IMG/VR virus record: IMGVR_UViG_2531839446_000008
DNA: 34,394 nucleotides
Source: a virus
Taxonomy: Duplodnaviria; Heunggongvirae; Uroviricota; Caudoviricetes
Reading direction: 5' to 3' (one strand)
In this document: positions 10,383 through 19,256 of the stretch, one piece after another
Layout of the letters: each line of letters begins with the position of its first letter
How positions within the stretch are numbered: the first letter of the stretch is position 1
Notes under the pieces: generated by a model
The model's database searches: none
Told to the model about the DNA's origin: nothing
Seen by the model: only the letters and a program-made list of their open reading frames with translations
Made by a program: the position numbers and the translations under genes

Positions 10383-10640
10383 AAAAAAACCGCTTGCCAT
10401 GCCGCAATCGGTCAGGTTACATTTCCGCTGCACCTCATAAAACGGGTGCCGGGATTCTCAACCCGATACAGAGCAAAGCGCATAACCGCGCAAGCGGTTT
10501 TTTGTGCGTACTGTATTGCCACGTCTTTTTCGCGTCAGAATTATGGCGGGGCGTACGGGGCCGACTTCGGTCGGGCCGGATTCTTTGCTCTCCGGTGTTG
10601 AGAACCCTGTACGTCTCGCCACCCCGAGATTCTCAACTCT
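10383..10640 (+). ncRNA. Highly structured intergenic region (candidate terminator/attenuator or small RNA)
   Basis: aaaaaaaccgcttgc (about 10383) pairs with gcaagcggtttttt (about 10490); ggccgac-ttcg-gtcgggcc hairpin near 10560; nested long-range complements gattctcaac/gttgagaac and gagcaaag/ctttgctc. No protein-coding ORF. Confidence 0.35.
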
Positions 10641-10682
10641 GGATGGTGAGTTATTTCTATCACCGAGCAAAGAGGCCACACC

Positions 10683-10913
10683 ATGGCAAACCGCAAACAA
10701 CAGCGCGCATACGCTGCGCGTCGTCACATCCAGACTGAAATCAACCGTAGACTTTTCCGCGCATCACGCGTCGCGCAAATCATGCACATCAATATGCTGC
10801 ATGAGCGCAGCCACGCGCTATCGAACATCTATTCCGCCTCTGTTTTCAGCTATCTGGCGGATGATCTGCACGAGCTTCAACAGCTCATCCAGCAGCAAAA
10901 CAAACTCCATTAA
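10683..10913 (+). CDS. Hypothetical protein
   Basis: 76-aa basic ORF downstream of the structured region. Confidence 0.35.
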   Translation: MANRKQQRAYAARRHIQTEINRRLFRASRVAQIMHINMLHERSHALSNIYSASVFSYLADDLHELQQLIQQQNKLH

Positions 10914-10985
10914 TTCCTGTTCCGGGCCTTTCCTGCACCTTGCGGCGGGAGGCCTTCGCACATCTGTAGTAAAGAGAATTGCAGC

Positions 10986-11375
10986 ATGATTGACGCTCAT
11001 GACTTCACAAGATGGGTGCGCACACAGGACACCCGTCTGGCTCCCGTTCTTCAGGGATTATTTGATCTCTACATCCGTGGTCGTGACAACAGAGCACGCA
11101 CCACAAAACCAGAGAATGCAGACACCCTTTATTTCACAGTAGACGACTGCTACCGCGTGGACTTCACACCACACGGGCTGGCGTTGCACTGCCTGACACC
11201 ACACGGCGAATCACTACTGGCGTATTACGACTCCCCGGCCTCCGTATTTGCGGCAATGCTGGCGCATCGCACTGCTGGCGGGTGTGCCTCGCTGAGTGAA
11301 TACACCGCTGAATTTAACCGCCTTTCCACCCTCTTCTCGCAGGAGTGGCAGCGCGTGACGGGATACCAGCCATGA
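10986..11375 (+). CDS. Hypothetical protein immediately upstream of gpA
   Basis: 129-aa ORF; its stop overlaps the gpA start (ATGA). Confidence 0.4.
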   Translation: MIDAHDFTRWVRTQDTRLAPVLQGLFDLYIRGRDNRARTTKPENADTLYFTVDDCYRVDFTPHGLALHCLTPHGESLLAYYDSPASVFAAMLAHRTAGGCASLSEYTAEFNRLSTLFSQEWQRVTGYQP

Positions 11376-14212
11376 GTGAGTTTGCATGGAGCTGGAATGA
11401 ACCACGGCCAGCCATTGATCCAGCCAGATTTACGGAGCACAGGCAGGAAACTGAAACCGACCTGCAACGCGCCATCCGTTACTACCTTGAGGCGGACAAA
11501 AGGGCACAGAAAGAACAGGAAGCGAAGGAAGAAGCCTTTTTCGCACAATCCGCCATGGGTAAAAAACTCATGGCATCCCTTGAGGAAGCCGGACAGCGTG
11601 AAAAGCTGGCACAGAGCATCATCAGTAAGCGCCGGGCAACAGAACAAGACCCGGTAGCCCGTGCCTTTGCCACACTGAAGGCGCTTCCCGTTTATCTGCG
11701 AGAACCTCTGAGCCGCCACCTCTCTTTCCTGCGCAAGAAGCAGGAAGCCGATCGTCAGAAAGGCAAAAAGAGCTGGCAGGCGGAACGCTACGCGCGCGGA
11801 ACCCTGCGCAAAATATTCGAACGTCTGGACCGCACCGACCACCGCTGGCTGACACCGGGTTATCGCTCCCTTGCCGGACGCGAACGCCTGGACGATTTGC
11901 TTTACCTGCCGCAGCTCAACAAACACCAGATACAGACGCTGGCCACCATGACGGCGGCGATGTTCAGCAGCACCTTCGAAAAACTCTGCGATGGCTTTGG
12001 CGCGACTGATGGCGAACTGACCATGGATGTAACGCTGAAGGCGTATCAGATGCTGGCCCGCATGGCGTTACACCTGCACGCCATGCCTCCACATTATGAC
12101 GCACTGACAACAGACAAAGACCGGAGGAACGAACCGGACACGGAGCTGCTGCCGGGCGCAATCCTTCGCCTGACCTGTGCGGAATGGTGGAAACGCAAAC
12201 TGTGGCTGTTACGTTGCGAGTGGAGAGAAGAACAACTCCGCGCCGCCTGTCTGGTTTCCAGAAAAACATCACCCTATCTGAGCCAGGACGCGTTAAGCGA
12301 GTTTCGCGCACAGCGCGAGAAAACACGCGATTTCCTGAAAAGTTTCATGCTGGAAAATGAAGACGGGTTCACGATTGATCTCGAGACAGTGTATTACGCG
12401 GGAGTAAGTAACCCGGTTCACCGTAAGGCAGAAATGATGGCCACCATGAAGGGACTGGAACTTCTGGCCGAAGCCCGTGGCGACAGAGCTGTGTTTCTGA
12501 CTGTCACCTGCCCGTCAAAATACCACGCCACAACAGAGAACGGTCATCCGAACCCCAAATGGAACGGGGCCACCATGCGCGACTCCAGCGATTACCTGGT
12601 TAACACGTTTTTTGCGGCGGTCCGCAAGAAACTGAACCGCGACGGCCTGCGCTGGTATGGCATCCGCACGGTGGAGCCTCACCATGACGGCACTGTGCAC
12701 TGGCATATGATGGTCTTTGCTCATCCGGAAGAAATCGACAGCATCGTGGCCATCACCCGCGATATTGCCATTCAGGAAGACCGCCACGAGCTGGGCAATG
12801 ATATTACTCCGCGCTTTAAGGCGGAGTATGTCGACGGCTCAAAAGGCACGCCAACCAGCTACATCGCCACCTACATCGGAAAGAACCTGGACAGCCGCGC
12901 CGTGGATGGTATCGACCCGAAAACGGGCAAGCCACGCGTTGACCACGAAACCGGAAAATCAATGGCCGAGAGCGTGGAGCGCGCCATCGGCTGGGCGCGC
13001 CTTCACCGGGTCCGCCAGTTCCAGTTCTTTGGCATCCCCTCCCGTCAGGTGTGGCGTGAACTGCGCCGCCTTGCCAGCCAGATGGCACGCAACCCGGAAG
13101 GCCCGCAACGACTGAAGGATGACGCAATGGATGCAGTGCTCGCTGCCGCTGATGCCGGGTGTTTTGCCTCCTACATTGAAAAACAGGGCGGCGTACTTGT
13201 TCCACGCAAAGACTACCTGATTCGCACCGCCTACGACCTCGCAGATGAGCTGAACGATTACGGCGAACAGAGCGTACAGATTTACGGGATCTGGTCACCA
13301 CTCATCGGGGAGTCTTCCCGTGTGTGCACACATCCGGATAACTGGAAGCTGGTAAGACGTAAACCGGAAGCGGAAGACAGCGCCCGCGAAAATGGTTTTG
13401 ACCTTCAGGGCGGCCCTGCCGCCCCTTGGACTCGTGGCAATAACTGTCCCCGTGTACAGGAAACGGACAACAACGGGACAGAACAGCCGGAAGAACGGCC
13501 AGCACCGTGGCCGCAGCTCCCTGACGGCGTTGATGTGGATGAATGGATGCGCTCACTGAAACGGCACGAACGCCGGGCGCTGATGCGTTCGCTTCGTGAC
13601 AAACAGGCAAAAAACAGCAGTGATGAAATGCAGAGCTGGACACAGAGCCGCAAACAGCAGCGGCCTTTGCCTGATAACCACGAATTACTCGCTAAAGAAT
13701 GGCGGGAGTCTGCTGAATCTCTCGGCCTGCATATCGGTGAACAACAGATGCAGCACCTGTTACGGGGCGGCAGTCTGTACGTTGACGGCAGCATCATTGC
13801 ACCGCAGGGATTTGAAATTGTACGCAAACCGGATACCCGCCCGGACAGCCGAATCACGCAGCTCTGGCAGCGCCTGAGCCGTAATCATGGCGTAAGCAGC
13901 ACGGAGATCCGCCATAACCCGGTCGCCAGCTATCTGACACAGCTGGGGGCATCAGACCCTGAAGCCGCCGCACGCCTGGCATCCACACTTCAGCAGGACC
14001 AGAACACCATGAAAACACCCGTTACCGTGCTTTCTGACATGCTGCGCGCCATCCGCGACGCAGAGCACGCACAGAGAATCAGTGAAACCACTGAACGCGC
14101 CCGCCGCAAAGCAGACCTGCTGCGGGGTGGCCTGACCAGTGGAAACAAAAAACAGACAGAAACGGGACTCACGAATCCCGTAAATGAGCAAAAAACGCGC
14201 AGCGATATATGA
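11372..14212 (+). CDS. A: Rolling-circle replication initiator/endonuclease, P2 gpA-like
   Basis: HUH motif (VHWHMMVF) and Tyr-containing region typical of P2 A-family initiators; about 946 aa from the ATG at 11372, longer than I recall P2 gpA to be. Confidence 0.8.
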   Translation: MSEFAWSWNEPRPAIDPARFTEHRQETETDLQRAIRYYLEADKRAQKEQEAKEEAFFAQSAMGKKLMASLEEAGQREKLAQSIISKRRATEQDPVARAFATLKALPVYLREPLSRHLSFLRKKQEADRQKGKKSWQAERYARGTLRKIFERLDRTDHRWLTPGYRSLAGRERLDDLLYLPQLNKHQIQTLATMTAAMFSSTFEKLCDGFGATDGELTMDVTLKAYQMLARMALHLHAMPPHYDALTTDKDRRNEPDTELLPGAILRLTCAEWWKRKLWLLRCEWREEQLRAACLVSRKTSPYLSQDALSEFRAQREKTRDFLKSFMLENEDGFTIDLETVYYAGVSNPVHRKAEMMATMKGLELLAEARGDRAVFLTVTCPSKYHATTENGHPNPKWNGATMRDSSDYLVNTFFAAVRKKLNRDGLRWYGIRTVEPHHDGTVHWHMMVFAHPEEIDSIVAITRDIAIQEDRHELGNDITPRFKAEYVDGSKGTPTSYIATYIGKNLDSRAVDGIDPKTGKPRVDHETGKSMAESVERAIGWARLHRVRQFQFFGIPSRQVWRELRRLASQMARNPEGPQRLKDDAMDAVLAAADAGCFASYIEKQGGVLVPRKDYLIRTAYDLADELNDYGEQSVQIYGIWSPLIGESSRVCTHPDNWKLVRRKPEAEDSARENGFDLQGGPAAPWTRGNNCPRVQETDNNGTEQPEERPAPWPQLPDGVDVDEWMRSLKRHERRALMRSLRDKQAKNSSDEMQSWTQSRKQQRPLPDNHELLAKEWRESAESLGLHIGEQQMQHLLRGGSLYVDGSIIAPQGFEIVRKPDTRPDSRITQLWQRLSRNHGVSSTEIRHNPVASYLTQLGASDPEAAARLASTLQQDQNTMKTPVTVLSDMLRAIRDAEHAQRISETTERARRKADLLRGGLTSGNKKQTETGLTNPVNEQKTRSDI

Positions 14213-14254
14213 AGCGCGCAGAAAACAGGCAAAAACGGGATTTCAGAATCCCGT
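14162..14254. promoter_or_regulatory. Two copies of a 20-bp palindrome flanking the gpA stop (candidate parC/ParR operator or terminator pair)
   Basis: acgggactcacgaatcccgt (14162-14181) and acgggatttcagaatcccgt (14235-14254), each an acggga(t)..(a)tcccgt inverted repeat, just upstream of parM. Confidence 0.4.
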
Positions 14255-14288
14255 AAACGATTAATTAATCAACATAAGGAAAAGCGAC

Positions 14289-15248
14289 ATGAAAATTTGT
14301 ATCGACGACGGCTCCACCAACATCAAGCTGGCATGGACTGAGAACGGCGAACGCCGCAACGCCATCAGCCCGAACAGCTTCAAGTCGGAATGGTCTGCGC
14401 CGTTCGGTGGCACGCAGCCCGCGAACTACATGCTTGATGGCGTGCGCTATGGTTTTGATCCGGTCAGCGATCGCTTTGTCCAGACGACCGACACGCAATA
14501 CCAATACAGCGATGTGAATGTCATTGCCATTCATCACGCGCTGGTCAAATCAGGCATCACACCACAGGAGGTGGATGTGGTTGTCACCCTGCCACTGAGC
14601 GAGTATTTCGACACAAACGCACAGCCGGACATGGCCAACATCAACCGCAAAAAAGCGAACGTTATGCGCCCGGTGGAGTACCAGAACGGCGAAGCATTCA
14701 CTATCCGTAACGTGCGGGTTATGCCTGAATCCATTCCGGCTGGCTTTAAAGCACTGGCTGACATGAGTCCGTTTGAATCCCTGCTGATTGTGGATTTGGG
14801 CGGAACCACGCTGGATGTGGCAAAGGTTCAGGGGCAACTGGCAGGTATCAGCCAGGTGTTTTGCGATCCACACGTAGGCGTTTCTCTGATGGCCGATGCC
14901 GTGCTGTCGGTGATGGCCACTAACGGTATGCGCACCAGTCACCACATCGCCAATACCATTATCGAACATCGCTATGATGAAGCCTGGCTGCGCCAGCACA
15001 TCCACAATGACGCGCATTACGACAGCCTGATGGCGGTTATTCGTGAAAAGGAGGAAACACTGAAACAACGCGTGATCCGCGCGCTGGCGGTTTTTTCGGG
15101 TTACGGGCGGGTGATGGTTGTCGGTGGAGGGGCGGAGATTGTGGCACCCGCTATCCGCGAAGCCTGCGGAGTTAATGCGACTTTCATCGCGGACGGGGTG
15201 CCACAGTTTGCTCTGGTTAATGGGCTGTACGCAATGGACAAGGAGTAA
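14289..15248 (+). CDS. parM: Actin-like segregation ATPase ParM (StbA family)
   Basis: 319 aa; N-terminus MKICIDDGSTNIKLAW and internal motifs (VMPESIPAG, DLGGTTLD, VMVVGGGAE) closely parallel plasmid R1 ParM as I recall it. Confidence 0.85.
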   Translation: MKICIDDGSTNIKLAWTENGERRNAISPNSFKSEWSAPFGGTQPANYMLDGVRYGFDPVSDRFVQTTDTQYQYSDVNVIAIHHALVKSGITPQEVDVVVTLPLSEYFDTNAQPDMANINRKKANVMRPVEYQNGEAFTIRNVRVMPESIPAGFKALADMSPFESLLIVDLGGTTLDVAKVQGQLAGISQVFCDPHVGVSLMADAVLSVMATNGMRTSHHIANTIIEHRYDEAWLRQHIHNDAHYDSLMAVIREKEETLKQRVIRALAVFSGYGRVMVVGGGAEIVAPAIREACGVNATFIADGVPQFALVNGLYAMDKE

Positions 15249-15252
15249 ACCA

Positions 15253-15564
15253 ATGACGACTCCAACCAGACGGATAAGTTTCTATCTGAAGCCCACCGCC
15301 GTCAAGAACGAAGGAGAAGCATGCGCCTGGCTGGACAGCCTTACACCAGAAGCCCGCAAAAGCGGCCAACGCGTGGCTTTTCTGGCCGGGCTGGCACTTC
15401 TGAAAATGAATCCGGCAGAGGCTTACCGACTGGCTGCATGGGCTGATGATGAGGTGTTATCAGTGACACAAACCAAGACAGAACGCCCCGCGTCACAGCC
15501 AGTATCAACCGCACAGATAACCAGTCAGATGGCCGGAAATATCCGGGCGTTATTTCCTGAATAA
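15253..15564 (+). CDS. parR: ParR-like centromere-binding adaptor
   Basis: 103 aa from the ATG at 15253; the segment ISFYLKPTAV...AWLDSLTPEARKSGQRVAFLAGLALL parallels R1 ParR. The 15118 ORF is an out-of-context 5' extension overlapping parM. Confidence 0.7.
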   Translation: MTTPTRRISFYLKPTAVKNEGEACAWLDSLTPEARKSGQRVAFLAGLALLKMNPAEAYRLAAWADDEVLSVTQTKTERPASQPVSTAQITSQMAGNIRALFPE

Positions 15565-15848
15565 CATCAGGGCGTATTCGCCCTGCCACCAATCCCATAA
15601 CATAAAGAACGGGGTGCAAATCACTATACACCCCGTTCCAATACAAACCATCAGAAGATCTACACATCTTTCTCAAATGGCCAAGTAATCGAGCTGGTTC
15701 AGGAATAAGCATGCTGCCAACACAAGTGAAGGAGATAAAACTGTAGAACTGATCAATCGTTGGAAACAAGTATTGACAGTATGTTCGAGTAACCCAACTG
15801 GATAGATTTTATGCTGATTATCCATACAGTAAAAAAGTAAGGATACTC

Positions 15849-15877
15849 TTTGAATTACGCCAGCAAGAGTGGTAACA
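15849..15877 (+). promoter_or_regulatory. Putative sigma70 promoter for the AAA-S8 operon
   Basis: TTGAAT - 17 bp - TAACAT about 65 bp upstream of the ATG at 15943, in an AT-rich spacer. Confidence 0.3.
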
Positions 15878-15942
15878 TTAGTCAATGATTTTCATTAATG
15901 TAGTTACCAGCTTACACAAGCTGATGTTTTATTGGGGGTTTT

Positions 15943-17025
15943 ATGGTAAACGTGAGGGAGGATGAACTTTTCAAACTCATCGAGCAAGGCATCAAAGGCA
16001 ACGCAAATGCATTTACACTCCTATGCAGAAAGATGATTAACAACATCCGTAAAAATGATGAGGCTTTAGCTTCTAAGCTGGCTTCGTTAGTTGCTGAGGG
16101 AACAGTATTACGTGGGGCATCTAGTAAGGCTCCTATGCCTGTGGATGGAGACTCCAGACGAAACCTTTTGCAGGAAACATCTGTCAACGCAATTGTTGAA
16201 GAACCTGTATGGAATACGGATATCTCAAAGAAGCTGGAGTCAATTGTTAACGAAAGAGAGAATGCGGTTTCTTTGTTCAAAGCTGGTCTTGAACCTGTGA
16301 AGACGGTTTTACTTTCTGGCCCGCCAGGCGTAGGCAAAACAATGTCCGCACATTGGCTTGCTGCAAAGTTAAATTTACCTCTTTTAACATTGGATCTCTC
16401 ATCTGTAATGAGTTCTCTTTTGGGAAAAACAGGTAATAATATTAAATCCGTTATGGATTATGCCAAAGAGAAACCATGTGTCCTTTTGCTTGATGAATTT
16501 GATGCTGTTGCAAAAAGACGTGATGATGACAGGGACGTTGGAGAATTAAAACGTTTAGTTACTGTACTCCTACAGACCATAGATGAGTGGCCAGCGACCT
16601 CGCTTCTTGTTGCTGCGACTAATCACCCTGATATCTTAGATCCGGCTGTTTGGCGTCGATTTGAGCACATCCTTAAATTTAATATGCCATCAGTAGAACT
16701 GATAGATAGATATTTAGTCAATCATAATATTGAACCTGAACTATCTAAAAAACTTGCACCATTATTAGATGGCATGTCCTTTGCCATCATTAACCGTATT
16801 TTGAATTTCTCCAAAAAGAATGAGGTACTTAGAAATATTCCATTTGAAAGCTCATTAATAGAAGCCGTAATTACGGAGAGGGTTTCATTGGATGAGTTTA
16901 GCGATAATGATCTCAATATAATTAAATATCATTTTGACGGTTTTTCAAATAGGAAGATAGCTGAATTAGTTGGTGTTTCACATCCAACAATCGCGAATAA
17001 ATTACAAAAGTGGGGGATTAAATGA
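15943..17025 (+). CDS. Classic-clade AAA+ ATPase with C-terminal HTH
   Basis: Walker A (GPPGVGKT), Walker B (LLLDEFD), sensor/Arg-finger region (ATNHPDILDPAVWRRF); C-terminal HTH-like tail (NRKIAELVGVSHPTIANKLQKW). AT-rich. Confidence 0.8.
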   Translation: MVNVREDELFKLIEQGIKGNANAFTLLCRKMINNIRKNDEALASKLASLVAEGTVLRGASSKAPMPVDGDSRRNLLQETSVNAIVEEPVWNTDISKKLESIVNERENAVSLFKAGLEPVKTVLLSGPPGVGKTMSAHWLAAKLNLPLLTLDLSSVMSSLLGKTGNNIKSVMDYAKEKPCVLLLDEFDAVAKRRDDDRDVGELKRLVTVLLQTIDEWPATSLLVAATNHPDILDPAVWRRFEHILKFNMPSVELIDRYLVNHNIEPELSKKLAPLLDGMSFAIINRILNFSKKNEVLRNIPFESSLIEAVITERVSLDEFSDNDLNIIKYHFDGFSNRKIAELVGVSHPTIANKLQKWGIK

Positions 17026-19226
17026 TGGAAAGGAACTTACTTTTAGGTAACGGTCATGTTCTGACAAAAAAGGAACCTTTGCCTAAAGGAAGGGATGGTA
17101 AGCGCTATCCCTATACTCTTGAAGAAGTAAGGGAGCATTTAAACCCAGAGATTGATACTTTACTCTCACGCTTTCGCAGTTTGGATGATGCGGCTAAGCC
17201 AAGGGGGGAGAGTGTATTCAATTTAACTTTACACCCAGCGTTTTTGGGTAAAAGCTACTTTCCGGAAGGATTGCTTAGAGCGACAGGTTTACGGGATGTC
17301 GGCAGCCGTCAGGTAATCATTCGCCCACGGAAAGCGGCACGTCAGTGCGATCAGAATAAGGACTTAGTAACGGCGCAACTGTTTGTTAGCGGTGATGATG
17401 ATGCCGTTATAAGATTTAAGGAAATTTTAAATTCCCCTACAGCTCCGAAGGGCGTACAAAAGGATTTGATCGAAATTGAAAGTGTTAGCTTTTTTGAAGG
17501 AAAAGAGAGAGCACGCAATTTTGAGCATGCGAAAAGTGATTTGATAAAATTTGAAGTGGTTCTTCATGCTGGGGTTGAAGACGATGATATCGTTAAAGCC
17601 TATATTAGCTATGCGGCACAATATGATGTCTCTGTTGATTACAAAAGTAGAATCCAAGTTGGTGGGCTGACTTTCATCGTTGCACACGCGCGACCTGAAG
17701 ATATGAAAAAAACACTCGATTTTTCATTAATCCGCGTTGTGCGGCCGATGCCGTCTCTCAGGTGTACTCAGCCGAACATTGTCAGAAAGTTATCTAATAT
17801 AGTTACACCGGAGCTCCCTAATTCTAAAGCTGTTCTTGAATCCGAACGTATTGCCATTTTTGATGGTGGCTTGGGGACAGCTGACTTGAGTAATTGGGTT
17901 ACGGAATACGTGTATCCAGACACCAAAGAAACAAGCGGATTATTATTGCAGCACGGTAATGAAGTGACATCCACTTTCTTATTCGGACGTGTCGAGGAAA
18001 ATGCACCTTCTTTTAAAAGACCGTTTATGAATGTAGATCATTATAGAGTTCTTTCACCGACATCAGGTGACAATGGCAATTGGGATTTATTTGATGTCCT
18101 TAAGAAAATACAGTCCGTTCTTGATAGTGGTGACTATAAGTTCGCTAATCTAAGTATTGGTCCTCATCTTCCAATTGGTGATGATGAGGTTCATGTATGG
18201 ACTGCTGTTTTAGACCAAATCTGTGCTAAGCATGGGATATTACTTACTGTTGCTGTTGGGAATGATGGCAATGAGGACGGTGATGCAGCGAGAATACAAC
18301 CTCCTTCCGATATGGTAAACGCGCTAGCGATTGGTGCTGCTGATCGTAGCGGTGAAAAATGGGGGCGGGCACCATATAGCTGTATTGGGCCAGGCAGAAG
18401 CCCCGGATTCGTTAAACCTGATGGTGTTATTTTTGGTGGAAGCGACGACGAGCCTTTTTACACTTACAACCCTCTGCTTGGTTCTATAGTTGGAGTTCAA
18501 GGAACCAGTTATGCCTCTCCATTAGCATTGAGAACGGCCGCTGGAGTTGCGGCTCTATCAGGAACTCCATTGAACACCATTGCATTGAAAGCGTTGCTTG
18601 TTCATCATGCTGAAACATCAAGAAAATATTCGCGTGAACATATCGGTTGGGGACGGTTTAGTGAGGATCCTAACGTTTTAATCGATTGTCCAAATGATAC
18701 TGCTACAGTAATTTACTATGGTTCATTAGCAAAAAATAAATATTTAAGGGCACCGATCCCATTCCCTGATGTTCCCTTTGACGAAGCATTTGAGCTTACC
18801 GCTACTTTATGCATTCAAACCCCAGTAGATCCTGAACATTCAGTAAACTATACAAGGGCCGGTATGCAGGTAACTTTCCGCCCAAGATTCGGCCTTGACG
18901 ATACCGATACAGATGATTTCTTTGGTCAAAAAAGCCAGTATAAGACTGAAAGGGAGTGTAGGAGTGAAGGTCATAAGTGGGAAACTTGTTTGCACAGAAG
19001 CAAAAAGTTCAGTGCTGATACATTATTAAGCGATCCAGTTTTTGATATACGGTATCATGCCCGAGATTCTTCGCGCCATGTTAAGGGAGTTTCAGCCCCT
19101 GATATGCAATATGCGATGGTAATAAGCGTAAGGGTAAAAGACTTTGATTTATATAATGTTATTCGCCAGCGATATACAATTCTGAATCCTATTCAACTGC
19201 GCACACAAATTTCTCTCGACACGTAA
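17022..19226 (+). CDS. Large S8 (subtilisin-like) serine peptidase, no signal peptide
   Basis: 734 aa; Asp (IAIFDGG), His (QHGNEVT) and Ser (GTSYASP) motifs in subtilase order; about 270 aa N-terminal and about 200 aa C-terminal extra regions; start overlaps the ATPase stop (ATGA). Confidence 0.8.
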   Translation: MMERNLLLGNGHVLTKKEPLPKGRDGKRYPYTLEEVREHLNPEIDTLLSRFRSLDDAAKPRGESVFNLTLHPAFLGKSYFPEGLLRATGLRDVGSRQVIIRPRKAARQCDQNKDLVTAQLFVSGDDDAVIRFKEILNSPTAPKGVQKDLIEIESVSFFEGKERARNFEHAKSDLIKFEVVLHAGVEDDDIVKAYISYAAQYDVSVDYKSRIQVGGLTFIVAHARPEDMKKTLDFSLIRVVRPMPSLRCTQPNIVRKLSNIVTPELPNSKAVLESERIAIFDGGLGTADLSNWVTEYVYPDTKETSGLLLQHGNEVTSTFLFGRVEENAPSFKRPFMNVDHYRVLSPTSGDNGNWDLFDVLKKIQSVLDSGDYKFANLSIGPHLPIGDDEVHVWTAVLDQICAKHGILLTVAVGNDGNEDGDAARIQPPSDMVNALAIGAADRSGEKWGRAPYSCIGPGRSPGFVKPDGVIFGGSDDEPFYTYNPLLGSIVGVQGTSYASPLALRTAAGVAALSGTPLNTIALKALLVHHAETSRKYSREHIGWGRFSEDPNVLIDCPNDTATVIYYGSLAKNKYLRAPIPFPDVPFDEAFELTATLCIQTPVDPEHSVNYTRAGMQVTFRPRFGLDDTDTDDFFGQKSQYKTERECRSEGHKWETCLHRSKKFSADTLLSDPVFDIRYHARDSSRHVKGVSAPDMQYAMVISVRVKDFDLYNVIRQRYTILNPIQLRTQISLDT

Positions 19227-19233
19227 TTTTTAT

Positions 19234-19256
19234 GGCCGCGAAAGCGGCCTTTTTTC
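19234..19256 (+). terminator. Rho-independent terminator after the S8 peptidase gene
   Basis: ggccgc-gaaa-gcggcc hairpin followed by tttttt. Confidence 0.6.

Noticed and set aside
10383-10640. Retron msr/msd
   Set aside because: The nested inverted repeats superficially resemble retron ncRNA flanks, but there is no reverse transcriptase gene nearby; the neighbouring ORFs are small and lack RT motifs.
11225-11926. 233-aa minus-strand ORF and several other minus-strand ORFs across 11.4-14.2 kb
   Set aside because: All antisense to the gpA gene, which has clear HUH motifs; no independent start context.
15118-15564. 148-aa ORF as the ParR gene
   Set aside because: Its 5' part overlaps the parM C-terminus in another frame; the ATG at 15253 directly after the parM stop yields a ParR-sized protein.
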